Made by a program: the position numbers and the translations under genes
From: an uncultured Acidimicrobiales bacterium
GTDB taxonomy: Bacteria > Actinomycetota > Acidimicrobiia > Acidimicrobiales > Bin134
Direction of reading: 5' to 3'
Assembly (NCBI GenBank): GCA_951813555.1
Contig: OX638344.1
Span: forward strand, 2,975,076 to 3,039,075
Length of the DNA: 64,000 bases
Notes under the pieces: model-generated
What the model was told of the DNA's origin: nothing
The model's database searches: none
The model's input: the letters and a program-made list of their open reading frames with translations, nothing else
In this document: one piece after another, positions 59,152 to 64,000 of the stretch
Layout: the number at the start of each line of letters is the position of its first letter
How positions within the stretch are numbered: the first letter of the stretch is position 1

Positions 59152-61173
59152 ATGGCCTCCCCGCCCCCACCGCCGCCTCCTCCGCCCGAGCGGCGCGACC
59201 CCGAGCGCGGGCCGGGTCAGCAGCCCGCCACGCAGGGCCGGATGCCTCGCTGGGTGTGGTTCATCGTGCTGGGTCTCTTGGCCGCACTGCTGTTCTCCAA
59301 CGTGTTCCGCAGCGAGGACAAAGGCGAAGAAATCTCCTTTCGGGCCTTCGTCGACTCGGCGGAGACCAATCAGATCGAGGAAGCGGAATACAACAACAAC
59401 ACCGGCGAAATTAAAGGCACGCTGGTGGATGGCTCCAAGTTCCATACCACCGGGCCGGTCCCGCTGAGCGAGCAAGTCGAAGCCGACTTGCGGGGCAGAA
59501 TCCCCACGTTTGAATTCCACACACCCCGCAGCAGCATCTGGGCCAGTATCCTGCCGCTGCTCATCCCAGTGGGGCTGATCTTCTTGATCTTCTGGTGGTT
59601 CCAGCGCCGCGCGCAGGGCCAGATGAGCGGGATCATGTCCATAGGCCGGTCCAAGGCCAAGACCTACACCACCGAGCGGCCCGGAACCACCTTCGAAGAC
59701 GTGGCCGGTTACGAGGGGGTCAAGAAGGAGATCGTCGAGGTTGTCGACTTCCTCAAGCACCCCGACAAGTTCGCCCAGATCGGGGCCCGCATCCCCAAGG
59801 GAGTGCTGCTCGTGGGGCCGCCGGGCACCGGCAAGACGCTTATCGCCCGGGCGGTAGCGGGAGAGGCCGGCGTGCCGTTCCTGTCGGTCACCGGTTCGGA
59901 TTTCATGGAGATGTTCGTGGGGGTGGGTGCCAGCCGGGTGCGAGACTTGTTCCAATCGGCTCGCAAGATGGGGCGGGCCATCATCTTCATCGACGAGATC
60001 GACTCCATCGGCCGCAAGCGGGGTGCCGGGCTGGGCGGCGGCCACGACGAGCGAGAGCAGACCCTCAATCAGATGCTGGCCGAGATGGACGGCTTCGAGG
60101 CCACCGAGGGCATCGTGATGATGGCCGCCACCAACCGGCCCGACATCTTGGATCCGGCGCTCTTGCGACCCGGTCGGTTCGACCGCCAGGTGGTAGTTCC
60201 GCTGCCGGAGGCCGACGACCGGCTGCAAATTCTCAACGTCCACGTTCGGTCCAAGAAGATCGCCGCCGATGTGGACCTCCCGCTGATCGCCCGGGGGTCG
60301 CCGGGAATGAGCGGCGCCGACCTCGCCAACCTGGTGAACGAGGCTGCACTGTTCGCCGTGCGCAGCGAATCCGATCAAATCCGCATGACCCATTTCGAGA
60401 ACGCTCGCGACCGAATGCTGATGGGCCAGCGGCGGGAATCCATGGTCATGTCCGAGGAGGAGCGGCAGATAACCGCCTACCACGAGGCCGGCCACGCGGT
60501 GTGCGCCGCGGTCCTGCCCCACGCCGACCCCTTGCACAAGGTGACCATCATTCCCCGGGGCATGGCCTTGGGGGTGACCATGACCCTCCCCGAAGAAGAC
60601 CGCCACACTCTGCGGCGCAACTACCTGGACGACATGCTGGTCATGCGCATGGGCGGGCGCATTGCTGAGGAGTTGGTATTCGGCGTGTCGTCCAGCGGCG
60701 CGGCCGACGACCTGGCCGGGGCCACTGAGTTCGCCCGGCGCATGGTGCGGGAGTGGGGTATGAGCGACCGCATCGGGCCGATGGCCTGGCGCAGCGCGGG
60801 ACAGGTGTTCTTGGGCGATGACATGATGACCAGCCGCGAGTACAGCGATGAGACCGCCCGGGTGATCGACGAAGAAGTGTCTGAGATTTTGCGAACTCAG
60901 GAGAACCGGTGCCGAGAGGTGCTCTCAAAGCACCGCAACGGCCTGGATTTGGTGGCTCGGGCCCTGCTGGAGCACGAGACCATCTCTGGCGAAGAGGTCG
61001 GCCGGTTGGTAGAACTGGGCGCCGAAGGCCCCATTGGAGATCCCCGAGATGTGATCGGCGCTGCTCTGGGCTCTCGAAGCACGGGGGGAACGCTGGGCTC
61101 GGCTGCGACCACCATTGCTTCAGCGGCCGACCTGGAGGAGCCTGACGCCCCGGAGTCGTGGCCCGCACCCTGA
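59152..61173 (+). CDS. ftsH: ATP-dependent zinc metalloprotease FtsH
   Basis: Walker A 'GPPGTGKT', 'IIFIDEIDS', the SRH '[20 protein letters not shown]' and the Zn site 'HEAGHAV'. The Pro-rich N-terminus makes the start uncertain (alternative ATG 59242). Confidence 0.95.
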   Translation: MASPPPPPPPPPERRDPERGPGQQPATQGRMPRWVWFIVLGLLAALLFSNVFRSEDKGEEISFRAFVDSAETNQIEEAEYNNNTGEIKGTLVDGSKFHTTGPVPLSEQVEADLRGRIPTFEFHTPRSSIWASILPLLIPVGLIFLIFWWFQRRAQGQMSGIMSIGRSKAKTYTTERPGTTFEDVAGYEGVKKEIVEVVDFLKHPDKFAQIGARIPKGVLLVGPPGTGKTLIARAVAGEAGVPFLSVTGSDFMEMFVGVGASRVRDLFQSARKMGRAIIFIDEIDSIGRKRGAGLGGGHDEREQTLNQMLAEMDGFEATEGIVMMAATNRPDILDPALLRPGRFDRQVVVPLPEADDRLQILNVHVRSKKIAADVDLPLIARGSPGMSGADLANLVNEAALFAVRSESDQIRMTHFENARDRMLMGQRRESMVMSEEERQITAYHEAGHAVCAAVLPHADPLHKVTIIPRGMALGVTMTLPEEDRHTLRRNYLDDMLVMRMGGRIAEELVFGVSSSGAADDLAGATEFARRMVREWGMSDRIGPMAWRSAGQVFLGDDMMTSREYSDETARVIDEEVSEILRTQENRCREVLSKHRNGLDLVARALLEHETISGEEVGRLVELGAEGPIGDPRDVIGAALGSRSTGGTLGSAATTIASAADLEEPDAPESWPAP

Positions 61174-61568
61174 TCGCCCTGGGGGTCATTGCCGGTGCAC
61201 TGGCAGTGGCCTGGCTCTATCGGCGCTATCGCCCCTCGAACCCGACTGCACCGACTTATTCGGTGCCCGCTCGACTGGAACGCTGGGATTTCGCCCAGCC
61301 CAATGCCGACTGGCTTCTGGCCGTGTTCACCTCCAAGACCTGCTCAACCTGTGCTGCGGTGGTCGATGCGGCAGAGGGGCTGGCCGACGACACGCTGGCA
61401 GTACAGGAGGTGGAGCATCGCCGCCACGGCGAACTCCACCGCCGCTATGACGTCGACGCCGTACCTTTGGCGGTGCTGGCCGACCAGACCGGAGCGGTCT
61501 GCGCCTCTCTGGCCGGCCCGGCCACCTCGGCCGAGCTCTCCGCCCTCATCGCCTCGGTCCGCCAATAA
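61158..61568 (+). CDS. Membrane-anchored thioredoxin-like protein
   Basis: GTG start, overlapping the ftsH 3' end by 16 nt. N-terminal TM '[16 protein letters not shown]' and a CxxC motif in 'FTSKTCSTCAAV'. Confidence 0.5.
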   Translation: MARTLIALGVIAGALAVAWLYRRYRPSNPTAPTYSVPARLERWDFAQPNADWLLAVFTSKTCSTCAAVVDAAEGLADDTLAVQEVEHRRHGELHRRYDVDAVPLAVLADQTGAVCASLAGPATSAELSALIASVRQ

Positions 61569-61629
61569 CCTGTCGCCTGATGGGTGCTTTCTCTTGGAAA
61601 CCAGACGATTTGACGGGGAATTCGAACTG

Positions 61630-62241
61630 ATGGGCCTGTCTCGGGATTTGGCGCAGACCCGGGAGTTCTTTACTTCCCGGGCGGCCGGCTGGGAAGACCG
61701 CCACGCCGACGACGATGTCCTGTTCGACTGGGCGGTGTCCCAGCTAGGGCTGTCCCCCGGCGACGTTGCCATCGACGCCGGCTGCGGGTCCGGCCGGGCG
61801 CTGACGCCGATGCGTGCCGCGGTCGGGCCCCAAGGAGCGGTCCTCGGCATAGACGCCACCCCGGCCATGCTCCACGAAGCCGCCCGCCTGGGGCGGCAGG
61901 CGATTTCGGCTTGCGCGCTGGGAGACGTGGGGCGGCTCCCGGTGCGGGACGGCTGCGCAGCCGGAATCCTGGCCGCCGGGCTGCTCCCTCATCTGCCCGA
62001 CCCGGTGGGAACGCTGCGAGAGCTGGCCCGGGCCGCTCAGCCCGGCGCCCGGCTGGGCGTGTTCCACCCGGTCGGCCGGCTCACCCTGGCAGCCCGCCAT
62101 CGAGAGCGAGGAGCCGACGCCCACGACATGAACATCGACCCGGACCGCATCGAACCGCTGCTGGTCGAAGGGGGCTGGGCGCTGGAGTTCTTGGACGACG
62201 CTGACGACCACTACATGGCCCTGGCGGTGCGCGATGGCTGA
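61630..62241 (+). CDS. Class I SAM-dependent methyltransferase
   Basis: ATG 61630. Motif I 'VAIDAGCGSGR' and post-I 'VLGIDATPAML'. Confidence 0.75.
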   Translation: MGLSRDLAQTREFFTSRAAGWEDRHADDDVLFDWAVSQLGLSPGDVAIDAGCGSGRALTPMRAAVGPQGAVLGIDATPAMLHEAARLGRQAISACALGDVGRLPVRDGCAAGILAAGLLPHLPDPVGTLRELARAAQPGARLGVFHPVGRLTLAARHRERGADAHDMNIDPDRIEPLLVEGGWALEFLDDADDHYMALAVRDG

Positions 62242-63013
62242 CCAACCTGCCGACGATGCGGTCGTGTACGAGGTCGCCGATGGGGTGGCTTGGGTGACCA
62301 TCAACCGCCCCGAGGCCCGCAACGCCGTCAACCAGGCGGTATCAGAGGGCTTGGCTGCCGCGTGGGACCGGGTGGAGTCCGACGATCACATCGCGGTGGC
62401 CGTATTGACCGGCGCGGGAGAGGCCGCCTTCTCGGCCGGAGCCGACCTCAAGGAGATGGCTGCCCGAGCCGAGCGGGGGCTGCCCTCCCACTTCGTCGGA
62501 GGCCGCCTGGCCGAGGGCGGAGTTACCAAGCCGGTTATCGCCGCGGTGAACGGTGTGGCCTACGCCTTCGGCTTCAACCTGGTCATGCAGTGCGACCTGT
62601 GTGTGGCCGCCGACCACGCCCGCTTCGGCATCCTGGAGGCCAAGGTGGGCCGGGGCTCGCCGTGGGCCGCCCAGTTGGGCTGGCTGATCCCGCCCCGAGC
62701 GGCCATCGAACTGTTGTGCACCGCCGAGCCGATTTCTGCCCAACGGGCCTACGAACTCGGCTTGGTGAATCGGGTTGTGCCCTCGGCTCAACTGAAGTCG
62801 GCAACCGCCGAACTCGCTGCGGCAATTGCCGCCAACGCACCGCTCACCGTGCGCGCCGGCAAAGCCATGGTCGGGGCCACCGCCGGACTGTCCCCGGCCG
62901 ACGCGGCGGCAGTGGCCGACGAGATATATGAGCCGGTCTATGCGAGCGACGACGCCCAGGAGGGCCCCCGGGCGTTCGTCGAAAAACGCCCACCCCGCTG
63001 GCAGGGCCGCTAG
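62234..63013 (+). CDS. Enoyl-CoA hydratase/isomerase (crotonase) family protein
   Basis: 'VTINRPEARNAV', 'GAGEAAFSAGADLKE' and 'EGPRAFVEKRPPRW'. Confidence 0.85.
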   Translation: MADQPADDAVVYEVADGVAWVTINRPEARNAVNQAVSEGLAAAWDRVESDDHIAVAVLTGAGEAAFSAGADLKEMAARAERGLPSHFVGGRLAEGGVTKPVIAAVNGVAYAFGFNLVMQCDLCVAADHARFGILEAKVGRGSPWAAQLGWLIPPRAAIELLCTAEPISAQRAYELGLVNRVVPSAQLKSATAELAAAIAANAPLTVRAGKAMVGATAGLSPADAAAVADEIYEPVYASDDAQEGPRAFVEKRPPRWQGR

Positions 63014-64000
63014 CCCAGCGCTTTCAGTAGCTCATCCAGATTCTGGGGGCCGGTGGCTCTGGCACCGGATTCGATCTCACTCACCATCTTGTAAACCGCG
63101 TCGTTGACCGGGGTGGGGATGCCCAAGCGCAATCCCTCCTGGCTGACGAACCCGCTGAACGAGTCGATCTCGGTCCTGCGGCCTCGCTCGATGTCGGTGG
63201 GCATTGACCCCTTGACTTCGCCCAATCCGGCCGCGGTGGCCTCCCAATCGGCGGCCAGCTCATCTGCCCCCGACCCTCCTGCACCACCTACCAAGATGCG
63301 CTCGGCATCGATGCCGCTGACCGGTTCGATCTGGTGGCCCCGCGCCCGCCCGACCGCCACTGCTTCGGACCCGCAGGCCAGGCTCACCCTCCGGGGACCG
63401 GGTTGCTCCCGGCAATCCCGAGCCCTGCCTCCAAGCACCGCGTTGACCGGGTTGCTCATGCAGTTCATCACCAGCTTCGACCAGATGGCCCCCCAGATGT
63501 TGTCGCTTACCGCAACGTCAATACCGCGGCACAGCGCCGACGACAACTGCTCCAGGCGAAAGGTGCGAGTTCCGTCGAGCTCGCCGATCTGGAGGGTGGG
63601 TTGCCCGTCAAGCCTCACCTGACCCGGCCCGACTGCCTCAGCGGGAAATAGCACCACCGTGCCGATCACCCGCTCCGGTCCCAGCAACTCGGCCAGCAGT
63701 GGCTCGTTGACCCCGTTCTGGGCCGAGATCACCGTGGCACCTTCGGCCAACCGAGGGGCCAACAGCGGGGCCAGCCATCGGTTGTCGAATGCCTTGGCCG
63801 CGATAACCAGAACGTCTATCGGGGCCAGCCGCCGCCACTCATCTATGTGCCATGCGGGAAGCTCCGCCGTCCGCTCCCCGGACGGACTTGGGCCTACGAG
63901 GCGCAGGCCCTCGGCCCGGATGGCCTCGACATGGTCGGCCCAGGCGTCGATCACGCTCACTTCCCCGCCGCCGAGGGCCACCTCACCGGCGATTGCGCCG
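63010..64000 (-). CDS. panE: 2-dehydropantoate 2-reductase (ketopantoate reductase, ApbA/PanE family), N-terminus outside the window
   Basis: 'AAKAFD', 'ISAQNGV' and the C-terminal domain 'SMPTDIERGRRTEIDSFSGFV' and 'GIPTPVNDAVY'. The Rossmann N-terminus is missing, so the ORF should continue past 64000. Confidence 0.7.
   Translation of the reverse strand, partial: GAIAGEVALGGGEVSVIDAWADHVEAIRAEGLRLVGPSPSGERTAELPAWHIDEWRRLAPIDVLVIAAKAFDNRWLAPLLAPRLAEGATVISAQNGVNEPLLAELLGPERVIGTVVLFPAEAVGPGQVRLDGQPTLQIGELDGTRTFRLEQLSSALCRGIDVAVSDNIWGAIWSKLVMNCMSNPVNAVLGGRARDCREQPGPRRVSLACGSEAVAVGRARGHQIEPVSGIDAERILVGGAGGSGADELAADWEATAAGLGEVKGSMPTDIERGRRTEIDSFSGFVSQEGLRLGIPTPVNDAVYKMVSEIESGARATGPQNLDELLKALG

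Noticed and set aside
59152-59241. Poly-proline N-terminus of the FtsH ORF ('[16 protein letters not shown]...') as a possible functional extension.
   Set aside because: It derives from a CCG/CCC-rich run just downstream of the divergent promoter region. The internal ATG 59242, immediately before the first TM helix, is an equally good start. This cannot be decided from sequence.

Overview
This is high-GC chromosomal DNA. My spot counts on single 60-nt lines give about 58-70% GC. Gene content and local synteny look like Actinomycetota: pepA / lpd-E2-lipB-lipA; comF-hpf-secA; ahcY-SIS-manA; rph-rdgB; mec-cysM. I cannot assign a genus. I support about 60 protein-coding genes and one tRNA-Leu(UAG). 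I saw no rRNA, CRISPR array, transposase or integrase. Most of the window is housekeeping: MetH, AceE, Lpd/E2, lipoate synthesis, SecA, RF2, FtsEX, FtsH, AhcY, MtnA, ManA, Rpe, ClpP, RNase PH/RdgB and RNase H. There is also a small catabolic cluster (Rieske oxygenase, amidohydrolase, enoyl-CoA hydratase, SDR). The main candidate for something new is a roughly 3.3-kb lower-GC islet at about 40.2-43.5 kb (spot counts about 45-52%). It carries a minus-strand operon of a HigB-like toxin, a HigA-type HTH fused to an ImmA/IrrE (HExxH) metallopeptidase domain, and a translationally coupled (ATGA overlap) 340-aa protein of unknown function. That protein has an alternating beta/alpha pattern and a C-terminal Cys/His cluster. 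A convergent 207-aa orphan ORF lies beside it. Other points worth a second look:
- a single-ORF LipB-LipA fusion
- a MoeZ-like protein with reversed domain order (rhodanese then ThiF)
- mec-cysM with no cysO between them
- a tandemly duplicated 394/395-aa family with an apparent gene-conversion tract and a third copy 24 kb away
- a membrane-anchored SGNH-hydrolase / RCC1-like repeat fusion
All family assignments are by-eye motif recognition. No database search was run.
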